Shown piece after piece: positions 16,125 to 24,086 of a stretch of 24,086 nt of DNA. The position numbers and the translations under genes were made by a program. Origin of the DNA: a virus (Duplodnaviria; Caudoviricetes); IMG/VR virus record IMGVR_UViG_3300018070_000017, positions 1 to 24,086 of that record, one strand, 5' to 3'. Each line of letters opens with the position of its first letter. Positions within the stretch are counted from its first letter, which is position 1. The notes beneath the pieces were generated by a model, which saw only the letters and a list, made by a program, of their open reading frames with translations, did not search any database and was not told the origin of the DNA.

Positions 16125-16883
16125 TTATCGTTCAATCCACGTAATGACATACTCATACGTAGGAGCTGCTGACTGACTTCCACTCCACAAGAATACCATC
16201 ATGCTATGACCCGGAGCAAGAACTACCGGAGCATGGGACACAAGGATGTTCAAGGGTGCTGAACCGTTGAGAATACCCTGCCCACCAGCCGTTACACCAC
16301 CGAAATCAATAACAGTCTGGTCTCCAACAACCGGAATGGTCATGCGGAGGACACTACGGCCAACAATTCTAACCGCTGAAGAAACCGCAGGAGATAAAAT
16401 TGCAGCACTTGCATCATACACTTTAGCAATCGAAGTATTTGCCACACCCATGTTAGCATTCAATGGGGTAGCAGCCGTACCTCCTGAAGTAAACAGCACT
16501 TTGCTGTCAATATACGTTGCCATGTCCAACCGTGTTCCAGCCGTACCAGCCGCAGTTGTTACCAGCTTGATGGAATCCATAATAATGTTCTTCCCGCCAA
16601 CTGAGTCGTTGTTGTAGATCAAAAGGGAAGGTGCTGTTGCAATAATTGCCGTTGCAGTAGCAACACCAAGAGCAACGCCAGTGCCAGGGGTAGGAGTAGT
16701 AGCAACAAAAAGACTCCCTTCCTCTGCTAAACCGTACTGCTTGCTGGAAAGAACCTGCGTAACCTGTTCTCCATATGTCCCAAGACGAACAGATGTGCTT
16801 GTCCCTTCACCATTGAATCCTGCTTTAGAAAGGAGTCTGCACACAGCCCCTTTAATACTCCCTGTTACGAATACATCACCCAT
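16125..16883 (-). CDS. putative virion structural protein, paralogue A
   Basis: 252 aa, RBS AAGGAG. Shares YGLAxEGS, GTGVALGVA, AKVYDASAAILSPA and APTYEY...WxER with the downstream gene. Confidence 0.75.
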   Translation of the reverse strand: MGDVFVTGSIKGAVCRLLSKAGFNGEGTSTSVRLGTYGEQVTQVLSSKQYGLAEEGSLFVATTPTPGTGVALGVATATAIIATAPSLLIYNNDSVGGKNIIMDSIKLVTTAAGTAGTRLDMATYIDSKVLFTSGGTAATPLNANMGVANTSIAKVYDASAAILSPAVSSAVRIVGRSVLRMTIPVVGDQTVIDFGGVTAGGQGILNGSAPLNILVSHAPVVLAPGHSMMVFLWSGSQSAAPTYEYVITWIER

Positions 16884-16897
16884 CTTTCATTTCTCCT

Positions 16898-17278
16898 TTA
16901 GTAGTCAAGTTCAACTTGAATTGTTATAAACGTTGCAGTCACACCACCAGCAGTCGTATATTTGAAATACAGCCACACACCCTGTTCAACAAAAAACTGG
17001 CCGGTCATAGCATCAGTGTATACCGTGTCACTTGCTGCAAGTGAAACAACGGCATCATGTACTAGCGTGGTGGAATTTGCACCAGTATCATTCACTGTAC
17101 TAGTTGCACTTTGAAAAACCTGCACAGTAGGAGTTCCACCAGCAACTGAAGCTGCTGTAGCTCTTACTGCTTTAACCCTTGCTTTTGCAGGGCATCTAAA
17201 TGCTCCCACAATCAAGTTGGTCTGTGACTGTACAAAAGCAGCAGTAGTCACAGTTACTACCCTATTCCTAATTGACAT
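16898..17278 (-). CDS. putative capsid decoration / minor head protein
   Basis: Beta-rich Val/Thr/Ala protein of ~126 aa downstream of the capsid gene. Start set at ATG 17278 by RBS AAGGGG spacing. Confidence 0.6.
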   Translation of the reverse strand: MSIRNRVVTVTTAAFVQSQTNLIVGAFRCPAKARVKAVRATAASVAGGTPTVQVFQSATSTVNDTGANSTTLVHDAVVSLAASDTVYTDAMTGQFFVEQGVWLYFKYTTAGGVTATFITIQVELDY

Positions 17279-17738
17279 TTTCATTCCCCTTCGTAGTTTC
17301 TGCTTCACTGGAAGGAATCATGAATCTTCGTTTGTCCGTAACCACAAAGGAATTTTGATAATTCTCTTTCTGACCCATTAGAGCAAATGAGACTCTTGAC
17401 CCTTCTGCATAGCAGAGTCGTTCCCATGATTCATCTAGTCGGTCATGAATTGCATTTTGCAACCCACGTTCCTCTTGTTTCTCTTCTTCCTCCAATATTC
17501 TGTCTATTCTCCTGTTTACATCTTTAGCAGAACTCTTTACAGGACTTACCTCAGCCATTTCCCTAATTGTTTCCATTCCCATCGTCTCAATCTTTCCAAG
17601 TGCAAAAGATTTAATCAAGTACTGGATGTTCTTAGAGTCACGACCAATTATTTCCCATCTAGCTTTCTTCCCGTTGTAAACAAGGTCAAGGTGCCTATCA
17701 AAGTGTTTTAACTCTTTTTTGAATCGTTCCGGAGTCAT
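17268..17738 (-). CDS. hypothetical protein in head module
   Basis: 156-aa charged ORF with a coiled-coil stretch, in the operon direction. Confidence 0.7.
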   Translation of the reverse strand: MTPERFKKELKHFDRHLDLVYNGKKARWEIIGRDSKNIQYLIKSFALGKIETMGMETIREMAEVSPVKSSAKDVNRRIDRILEEEEKQEERGLQNAIHDRLDESWERLCYAEGSRVSFALMGQKENYQNSFVVTDKRRFMIPSSEAETTKGNENVN

Positions 17739-17741
17739 AAG

Positions 17742-18128
17742 TTATCCAATATTGTTCTTAGAATAATCCTCTTTCTTATACGGATTCTTGAAGTCAATAA
17801 CAGTCTTTTTAACAACCTCTCCATTAACCAGGATAGAATCATTTCCAAGACCGTCTGTATTCTTCACAGCTTCAATTTCCTTCTCCTCTAGTTTAACAGA
17901 GGGTGTCGCATTTTCCGTATCAAGATCATCTTCGATGTAAACTTTTGCATCAATAACCAGACCAGTTGAAGAATCCCACCGTAGTGCATTCTGCTTCAAT
18001 GCAAGTTCTGCCATTACACGAGGAACTTTAATACCCCTCTTGGCATCAATTGTATGAGGGGCACCATCATAGATAAACTGTTCTGATTTTCCTGTCCGAG
18101 ATTTTACTGTAACAATATTGTCAAACAT
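17742..18128 (-). CDS. hypothetical protein immediately downstream of the major capsid gene
   Basis: 128 aa, RBS GGAGG. Confidence 0.7.
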   Translation of the reverse strand: MFDNIVTVKSRTGKSEQFIYDGAPHTIDAKRGIKVPRVMAELALKQNALRWDSSTGLVIDAKVYIEDDLDTENATPSVKLEEKEIEAVKNTDGLGNDSILVNGEVVKKTVIDFKNPYKKEDYSKNNIG

Positions 18129-18147
18129 TCTTCCTCCGAGAACTAAT

Positions 18148-18175
18148 ACCGAGAGAGGATCACTCCTCCCCCGGT
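18148..18175 (-). terminator. 12-bp GNRA-loop hairpin after the capsid gene
   Basis: Minus strand ACCGGGGGAGGA-GTGA-TCCTCTCTCGGT, 14 nt past the capsid stop. Weak U-tract (ATTAGTTCT). Confidence 0.6.
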
Positions 18176-18189
18176 TTATAGTTTATAAC

Positions 18190-19479
18190 CTAGTAACCAG
18201 CAACGTAAACTTTGCTAGTCGTGATTCCGTCCATGCGGAAGCAGGTATTAGGTCTGGAGCAATGGTAGTTCTCAAAGATACGGTAGAAGGCATTCCAAAC
18301 GTCTGTGCTGCCATTCTGCCGAAGAATCGCACCCGATTCATTTGCCCATTCGCCCTTGATCTGTACATACTTCTTCATATAACGCGAATCCAACCCAAAC
18401 AACATGTCATACGGTGCATACTTGTCTTCTTTGATCGCCACATCACCATAAGTAACATAGGACTTGGAAGACCGTTTCTTTGCAGCAACCGTACCACCAT
18501 CAGGCTTCTTCAAATCACCGCTGGTATACCGGCGATCTGCTTCAAGCAACTGGAGATATGCACGACGAACTGAATGATGACAAGCAAGGGTGTCTATCTC
18601 AGCATCACCAAGTTGATCGGCAATATCAAAATTCAACTGAATTGCATCAAGTGACAATGCACCAACTGAAGACTGCACTCTGCTATTCAACTGAGGATAT
18701 GTAGCTCTTGCAAGACCCGAAAGGGTGGCAAGATAGGTTCCATCATCCACAAGTCCAAGGAGACCAACAGGTTCTTTTCCATAAGACGAATCGGCAACAG
18801 TCGTTCCAGCCGTAGTACTAAGACGCACGACATAACGGTCAGTGGTATGCGTTGCACTAGAAATCGTGCAAGAAGTACCAGCAGCCGCAACAGCAGTTAC
18901 TGCACCATAGGAGACAACAGCATCAGTGGATGCAACAGCAGCCGGATTAACTTCACCAAGAATCATCCCTTTACGGATGAACCTCGTTCCACCAGTTGCC
19001 CCAGCCACACCACCAGGAGTATCAACGACAAGGGTAGTATCCGTAGCAGTGCCATTTACGTAGGCAAGAATACCCTTGCCAGCTCCCCACATCATCCTAG
19101 CACGTTCACGTTTCAGGTTACGAACAAGACTATCCATGGAATAACTCATGGCATTCTTGAATGCACCCTTGGAGTTTTTCGCAGACTCCATCATCTGCTT
19201 GGTCATTTGGAAAGTTCCATAGACATATTTCATGCCAATCTGAAACTGTTCAGGATCAAAGTTACCAGCAGTCGGGAGAGTACCACCTTCAGCAATTGCA
19301 CCAATACCCTCATTGAAGCTCATGATCGCTGCTTCTCTGGCAACACGGCCATCAAATTCAAATTCGGTTACTTCTTCAAACTGTTCCGTGACGGGGCTGA
19401 ACGTAGAAATCTGTTCAGTAACCACATTCTGATAAACATCTTTCAGAATCCCATCCAGTGTAGTTAGTGTTTCACTCAT
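18190..19479 (-). CDS. major capsid protein (HK97-fold expected)
   Basis: 429 aa after the scaffold. LDGILKDVY, IAEGGTLPTAG, YVYGTFQMT, EPVGLLGLVDD and RPNTCFRMDGIT resemble podoviral capsid proteins. RBS GGAGA. Confidence 0.88.
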   Translation of the reverse strand: MSETLTTLDGILKDVYQNVVTEQISTFSPVTEQFEEVTEFEFDGRVAREAAIMSFNEGIGAIAEGGTLPTAGNFDPEQFQIGMKYVYGTFQMTKQMMESAKNSKGAFKNAMSYSMDSLVRNLKRERARMMWGAGKGILAYVNGTATDTTLVVDTPGGVAGATGGTRFIRKGMILGEVNPAAVASTDAVVSYGAVTAVAAAGTSCTISSATHTTDRYVVRLSTTAGTTVADSSYGKEPVGLLGLVDDGTYLATLSGLARATYPQLNSRVQSSVGALSLDAIQLNFDIADQLGDAEIDTLACHHSVRRAYLQLLEADRRYTSGDLKKPDGGTVAAKKRSSKSYVTYGDVAIKEDKYAPYDMLFGLDSRYMKKYVQIKGEWANESGAILRQNGSTDVWNAFYRIFENYHCSRPNTCFRMDGITTSKVYVAGY

Positions 19480-19549
19480 TAGAGTTTCTCCAACCTAATA
19501 GTATCAGCCTAGAGGTCTATTGACATAGGAGAGACACTATTGGCATCGG

Positions 19550-20323
19550 TTATTCTCCGCTATTTATACGTGACCAAGCAGCATCTTCTGCCTCTTTCAT
19601 CGTCAAGGGTTTCTTTGCACCCCGACCATCGGGAGGAGTTCCGCCAGCATTGTGTCTGACTGGGGGAGTAGGAAGTGCTCGTCCTCTCATTGTGGAGAAC
19701 AATCCTTCTTTAAGTTCTTTTTGAAAAATCTCGTCAGCAACGGCAAAATCACCTGAAATGAATCGCTGTCGATCATCGTCACTCATCTGTGACACGATGT
19801 ACTCTTCGATCTTGGGCTGAAACTTGGTGTCAATTTTTGCAGACCTTAACGAATCAGCAAACTTGGCTGAATGCTTTTCAAGAACAGCTTCTGCTCTTGT
19901 TGAAGCAACCGTGCCTTCCTGTGCAGATAACTTAGCCTCAAGAGCCTCAATACGCTCAAGTGCTTTAAGATTCGGCATGATATCATAGAGTTCTTTCTGA
20001 AGTCTGAGTTTCCTCTGGGCTTCATTCTTCTCTCCATCTGTCATGCTCTGCTGTTTGCGCTGTTCGTCTACTGCCTTTTCCCACTGAGCCAGTTTATCAA
20101 GCCGTCCTTTAAGAGTCTGAGGATCACCAAATTCCTTATAGGAACCTGCATTCTTCTCATACTCCTTCATCTTGCCATAGACTTGATTAAACCGTTCTAC
20201 CGGGATCATCTTGCCAGTATTAGGATCAGCAACTTGCTGCGTCTGCTGTTGCCCCTCTACCTGCTGTTGACCGTCCTCTTCTACCTGCCCTCCACCGTCC
20301 TGTACATCAAATTCATATGCCAT
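19550..20323 (-). CDS. capsid scaffolding protein
   Basis: Acidic/Gln N-terminus, IPVERFNQV motif, coiled coil, Pro/Gly linker and short terminal helix. Lies between portal and capsid. Start at ATG 20323 (RBS AGGGAG). Confidence 0.75.
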   Translation of the reverse strand: MAYEFDVQDGGGQVEEDGQQQVEGQQQTQQVADPNTGKMIPVERFNQVYGKMKEYEKNAGSYKEFGDPQTLKGRLDKLAQWEKAVDEQRKQQSMTDGEKNEAQRKLRLQKELYDIMPNLKALERIEALEAKLSAQEGTVASTRAEAVLEKHSAKFADSLRSAKIDTKFQPKIEEYIVSQMSDDDRQRFISGDFAVADEIFQKELKEGLFSTMRGRALPTPPVRHNAGGTPPDGRGAKKPLTMKEAEDAAWSRINSGE

Positions 20324-20332
20324 TTGAAACTC

Positions 20333-20452
20333 CCTCGCCCTTAAAGTTGGCGGCACTATTCATCGCTCCTAGCGCGTAGCGGTGCGGGAACCGATATACG
20401 ACCTTTTGACTTCTGCGAGTAGTCGGCACTCGATAAAAATTAGCTCGGTTCC
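20333..20452 (-). promoter_or_regulatory. structured leader upstream of the scaffold gene
   Basis: GGAACCGA/TCGGTTCC, CGAGT/ACTCG, GCAC/GTGC, CGCT/AGCG and CGCC/GGCG stems fill the intergenic gap. Confidence 0.5.
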
Positions 20453-20461
20453 TTAACTAGA

Positions 20462-22555
20462 CTATATAACTCCTTGCGGTAATTCTGCTTTTGCTCCACC
20501 GCCTGGAACTAACTGTTTCTGTGCTTTTGCTGAAACAGACGGTGTTGGACCACCACCAGTCGAAGACGGACCCCCTGGAAGAGGCATCCCCATTCCAGGA
20601 TTAAGTTCTGCATCCATTATCATGTGGTGTTTAGTAATATGCTCTACCATTGCTTGAGTTACAGCAGGTCCAGCAGCACCACATGCATCACTGTTAGCAA
20701 ATTGACGATGTTTGTAGATGTGAATTTGGTGATTATGCAGAAAAGCAACTACGTCCACCATAGTACCCTGTGCTATTGCTTCATTCTCTTGCACAGCTTG
20801 AATAATATCTTCTTCAACATCTTCTTTTAGATTCTGCAAGTGAAGTTTCTGTAAAACTTTTTGTCGAACTGACGGATCACTAATGTCAACTAAGCCAGAA
20901 TCAATTGCTCCAAGAATCTTCGTAACTTCAACTTGTGAACTACGTGGAACAGTTGAATCTGATTCAACCTTGACATTTACTGCCCCAGTGATATCAGTTC
21001 CTTTAAATTTAGAAGCAATCCATTGAGAACCTTCACCAGCTTTCATTAAAGTCTTTTCAGCAATTCCATACACACGGAAAAGTTCAATCTGATGTTTCAT
21101 CCATTGCCGATAACCCTCAGCAACATTGCGAAGCGAAGGACCGAACCGGGTTAATCCTTGCTCAATTAATTGCTCAATAACAACACCGGGAGCACCACTG
21201 TAGGGAGACTGTCCTTTTAGAGCTTCAAATGTCGAGGCTAAATCCTCAATGTCCTTGTCTATTGAAGCAAGGAACTGGACTATAGAAGCAGGAATTTGTT
21301 CCCCAGGGATACGGTCAGGTTTCGTGGCTTTATCACCAATCGAATTCCAGGTAACAATTGCACCCGGCTGACCAGAAAAATTACGAACTACAGTTCCTTC
21401 CGGCATAAGCCAGATAGGGGAACCCATTCTCAGAGCAATCAACTCAATCAGAGACTCAATCTTATTTCTCTGAATCTGCTTTTGAATCAGGTCGTCCATC
21501 GGTGTTCTTCCAAAAGAAGCACCAGGAATGTTATCGAACTTGACATGAACTATTGGTATAAACGGTTTTTCACTTCCATCAACAGGAAGAGGTTTCTTTT
21601 CCAGAATCTTACTGCCTGCTACAACGATGTAGAGTCCTTCTGGATACTTTGGCGTAGGTCTATGAAATAGACGCTTAACCGTAATACGCTTAATGCGAGA
21701 AAGACTCGCAAGGAATCCAGTGATCTCAGGAGAAGAAGTAACATAACCAATACTCTCTTGATAATGAATATTCGGAGCAACATCAAGTTCATCAATGTCT
21801 TGATTCCACAGATTCTGAACATATTCTCTTGATCTCCGATTCACAATCAAAACTTTTACTTGGTCTTTAAACCTTTCAATTGTCTGATCTATGTATGTCT
21901 CAAATGGAGACAAGACATCAGTAAACAACTTGTAATCAATTGGTTCTGCCTGTGTCAGTTGACCTTGCTCTCCAGCAGGGGACTGATCTGTCATATCTGG
22001 CATGATAGGTGCAGGACCATGGATAGGCTCTACGCCTGAAAGGAGATAACAATTACCAGTATATATTGCCCAAGGAGCAACAGATTCACGAATCTGTGCA
22101 ATGTCATTTTCTTCACAGATAATTGTTTCTGCCTTTTTGCACATATCAGCAGAGGCAATGTCTTCAGAAGAATTTGAGCTAGGGACATATTGCCAGTTGG
22201 GTTCTACACGAGACAAAACGGAAACAAGGCGTTGCCCAGTTGATGCAAACTTATTGGTAACTGGAGTAGGAACCCAATCAGCAAGACGTTTCTTTCTCCA
22301 CTTATTTTCCAAGGTGTCCCAAATTACCCACTGATTCCCCAATAAAAACAGTATGTTACGATACCACTGCCTCTCAAACGGTTTGCGCCCGTGGTCATAG
22401 TCTTGATATGTGTCATTGACAAGTTTAAGCGCGTCCTCATCAGAAATCAATTCTTTCTGAGGAACTAATGAAGTAGTATCTCCCATTTGTGGCATCATGG
22501 GTTCAGGGATCATACTGCCTGTTGGACCTGTAAGAGTTCCATCACCAATTGCCAT
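20462..22555 (-). CDS. portal protein (P22-like)
   Basis: 697 aa after the terminase. RQWYRNILFLLGNQW, DVLSPFE, PFIPIVH...GRTPMDDLIQKQ..RNK, and His-rich late segment. Confidence 0.88.
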   Translation of the reverse strand: MAIGDGTLTGPTGSMIPEPMMPQMGDTTSLVPQKELISDEDALKLVNDTYQDYDHGRKPFERQWYRNILFLLGNQWVIWDTLENKWRKKRLADWVPTPVTNKFASTGQRLVSVLSRVEPNWQYVPSSNSSEDIASADMCKKAETIICEENDIAQIRESVAPWAIYTGNCYLLSGVEPIHGPAPIMPDMTDQSPAGEQGQLTQAEPIDYKLFTDVLSPFETYIDQTIERFKDQVKVLIVNRRSREYVQNLWNQDIDELDVAPNIHYQESIGYVTSSPEITGFLASLSRIKRITVKRLFHRPTPKYPEGLYIVVAGSKILEKKPLPVDGSEKPFIPIVHVKFDNIPGASFGRTPMDDLIQKQIQRNKIESLIELIALRMGSPIWLMPEGTVVRNFSGQPGAIVTWNSIGDKATKPDRIPGEQIPASIVQFLASIDKDIEDLASTFEALKGQSPYSGAPGVVIEQLIEQGLTRFGPSLRNVAEGYRQWMKHQIELFRVYGIAEKTLMKAGEGSQWIASKFKGTDITGAVNVKVESDSTVPRSSQVEVTKILGAIDSGLVDISDPSVRQKVLQKLHLQNLKEDVEEDIIQAVQENEAIAQGTMVDVVAFLHNHQIHIYKHRQFANSDACGAAGPAVTQAMVEHITKHHMIMDAELNPGMGMPLPGGPSSTGGGPTPSVSAKAQKQLVPGGGAKAELPQGVI

Positions 22556-22810
22556 TTAGTTTTCCTTTGTTTGGTCTTTCTCTTCAAACATCCCAAAAAT
22601 ACTACTGAGGTCCATCGGGCCTTTCTGCTCTGCTACACCTTGTCCAATTGCCGGGGCATTCGTTTTCACAAGAAGAGCATCAATCGCCCTTTTATACTCA
22701 CTTCTCTCGTCCAACTTCTCTTTTCTTTCTTGTGCAAGAAGTTCTTTCAGATCAGCGATCTGTGATTTGTATGCAGTACAAGTTTGACACTCACCAAATA
22801 CTATTTTCAT
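22556..22810 (-). CDS. small CxxC plus coiled-coil protein between terminase and portal
   Basis: ECQTC followed by a coiled coil. ATGA overlap with the terminase stop. Confidence 0.7.
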   Translation of the reverse strand: MKIVFGECQTCTAYKSQIADLKELLAQERKEKLDERSEYKRAIDALLVKTNAPAIGQGVAEQKGPMDLSSIFGMFEEKDQTKEN

Positions 22811-24086
22811 TCTTTACTCCATTCACTGGCCCATGGCTTACTTTTTTCTTCTTTAGATCGTTTAACTGCCATCCAGTAATCACGACTCACAGCATTTAGT
22901 TGACGATACTCTGGAGGAACAAAATTATCTCCGTCATTGTCAACAGCACCAATACCATACATCTTTAAGATGTCAAGTATATACGCCAGAGGATCAATAA
23001 GATCATCATGCTTTGATTTAATTCCATTAGTTACCTTTGTTATTTGGTCAAAGAACTCATCTTTGTACCTAGACTCAACAGCCATATAAATTTTTCTACG
23101 ACGAGCAAGTGGTTCAAGTTCAACAACACGAGAATATTTGGAACGACCAGCAGGTCTTAAATCCTCAATTACTGCAAATCTGCCCTTCTTACGCAATTCC
23201 TCTTGCAGATAGTGCTTCATGTTTCCCATGCCAGCGCGTTCAATTCCAATTATGTATGGATTGAAACGAAACATGAAAGACAGTGCAACCTCTATAGCTT
23301 CAGTAGGATTAACTCGTTCCATAAACATGTCACGAATGCACACATCAAAAAGTGCATTAACACCAACCACAACCATTCCGAAGTAATCACTATCTTTTTT
23401 CTCAGACTGTTCCGCAGTAGGGTCACCTGCTGGATCAATGATTAAAAAAGTACGGATAGAATTAAAGTCTTTGTCGGCAAGTAAGTTGAAATAATCTTTC
23501 TTAAACTTTTGTGACTCTTTACTTACTGGATTCATCCTATAGTGACAGGAGAACTGATCCCCAGACATGAACTTCTTTTTCTTTTTTAATTCTTCAATTG
23601 GAAGCGCATATGGATAACGAGAAATTGTCTCTGTCTCATCTGTGTACACATCACGAAGAAATAGATTTGGGTGACTCTCCTCGATCAATCTGGTATGAAA
23701 ATCTGAATCGTTCCAGAACACCCCGGCAAAAACCATCTTGCCACCTTTGGTAAGAAGGGGCATCAACAACTGAACTTTTTCTCTGACTCCCTCAATCTGA
23801 TCTTTCGTTTTTGTATTTCTTTCAGAGTGCAAATCATCAGGAAGAATCCAATCAAAATGACGAGAATTGACAACAACATCCAACCCAGCAGTTTCAAAGG
23901 TTCCTTCACGAATAGACATATTCTTCCGAGAAGGGAGAACTGCCATGTTTTCATTCCAAGGAAGTCCTAATTTAGAACCATCAAGATCACCGTAGCACAT
24001 CTTGAATGTTTCACAAGAAGTAATAACTCTCTTCAGAACTGCAAGGCGTTTCTGTGCCTGCTCATGGACTTCCCCATAGAAGAGAA
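22807..24086 (-). CDS. terL: terminase large subunit (5'-truncated)
   Basis: Frame stays open to the window edge. Walker B-like HFDWILPDD, RNase H-like nuclease motifs IIDPAG...SDY, IGIE and HDDLIDPLAY. Confidence 0.92.
   Translation of the reverse strand, partial: LFYGEVHEQAQKRLAVLKRVITSCETFKMCYGDLDGSKLGLPWNENMAVLPSRKNMSIREGTFETAGLDVVVNSRHFDWILPDDLHSERNTKTKDQIEGVREKVQLLMPLLTKGGKMVFAGVFWNDSDFHTRLIEESHPNLFLRDVYTDETETISRYPYALPIEELKKKKKFMSGDQFSCHYRMNPVSKESQKFKKDYFNLLADKDFNSIRTFLIIDPAGDPTAEQSEKKDSDYFGMVVVGVNALFDVCIRDMFMERVNPTEAIEVALSFMFRFNPYIIGIERAGMGNMKHYLQEELRKKGRFAVIEDLRPAGRSKYSRVVELEPLARRRKIYMAVESRYKDEFFDQITKVTNGIKSKHDDLIDPLAYILDILKMYGIGAVDNDGDNFVPPEYRQLNAVSRDYWMAVKRSKEEKSKPWASEWSKE

Noticed and set aside
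15285-16883. Diversity-generating retroelement template/variable repeat pair
   Set aside because: Differences are not adenine-specific, both copies are full ORFs, and no reverse transcriptase is in the window.
18847-19467. 206-aa + strand ORF opposite the capsid gene, and other antisense ORFs such as 5502-5921, 15684-16172 and 18118-18573
   Set aside because: They lie within or across convincing opposite-strand genes, lack RBSs and motifs, and fit the shadow-ORF pattern.
1-24086. CRISPR array, integrase/att site, intron or intein, or stop-codon reassignment
   Set aside because: No regularly spaced repeats or recombinase seen by eye. Core genes are uninterrupted, of normal length, and tile densely under the standard code.

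Overview
This window is part of a tailed dsDNA bacteriophage (or prophage) genome with podovirus-like, P22/T7-style morphogenesis gene order. It has two convergent, tightly packed gene blocks and reads well with the standard genetic code. The + strand block (1-4799) is an accessory/lysis region. It holds an Hjc-type Holliday junction resolvase, a HExxH protein, a calcineurin-like metallophosphoesterase, a GH108 endolysin, a membrane-anchored transglycosylase-like protein, a nucleoside 2-deoxyribosyltransferase-like protein, six sub-60-aa ORFs missing from the supplied track (three Cys-rich) and a candidate tRNA-like structured RNA at ~435-547. The - strand block (24086 to 4767) runs terminase large subunit (5'-truncated), portal, scaffold, major capsid, head-accessory genes including a tandem paralogous pair, head-tail adaptor, two fibre proteins, a nozzle-like tail protein, three putative ejection proteins and a 3-TM holin. 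Five intergenic gaps in the head operon fold into structures, including a four-way cloverleaf between the paralogues and a multi-stem scaffold leader. No integrase, CRISPR array, reverse transcriptase or tape measure gene is visible. All calls come from motif recognition, gene order and manual folding, not database searches.
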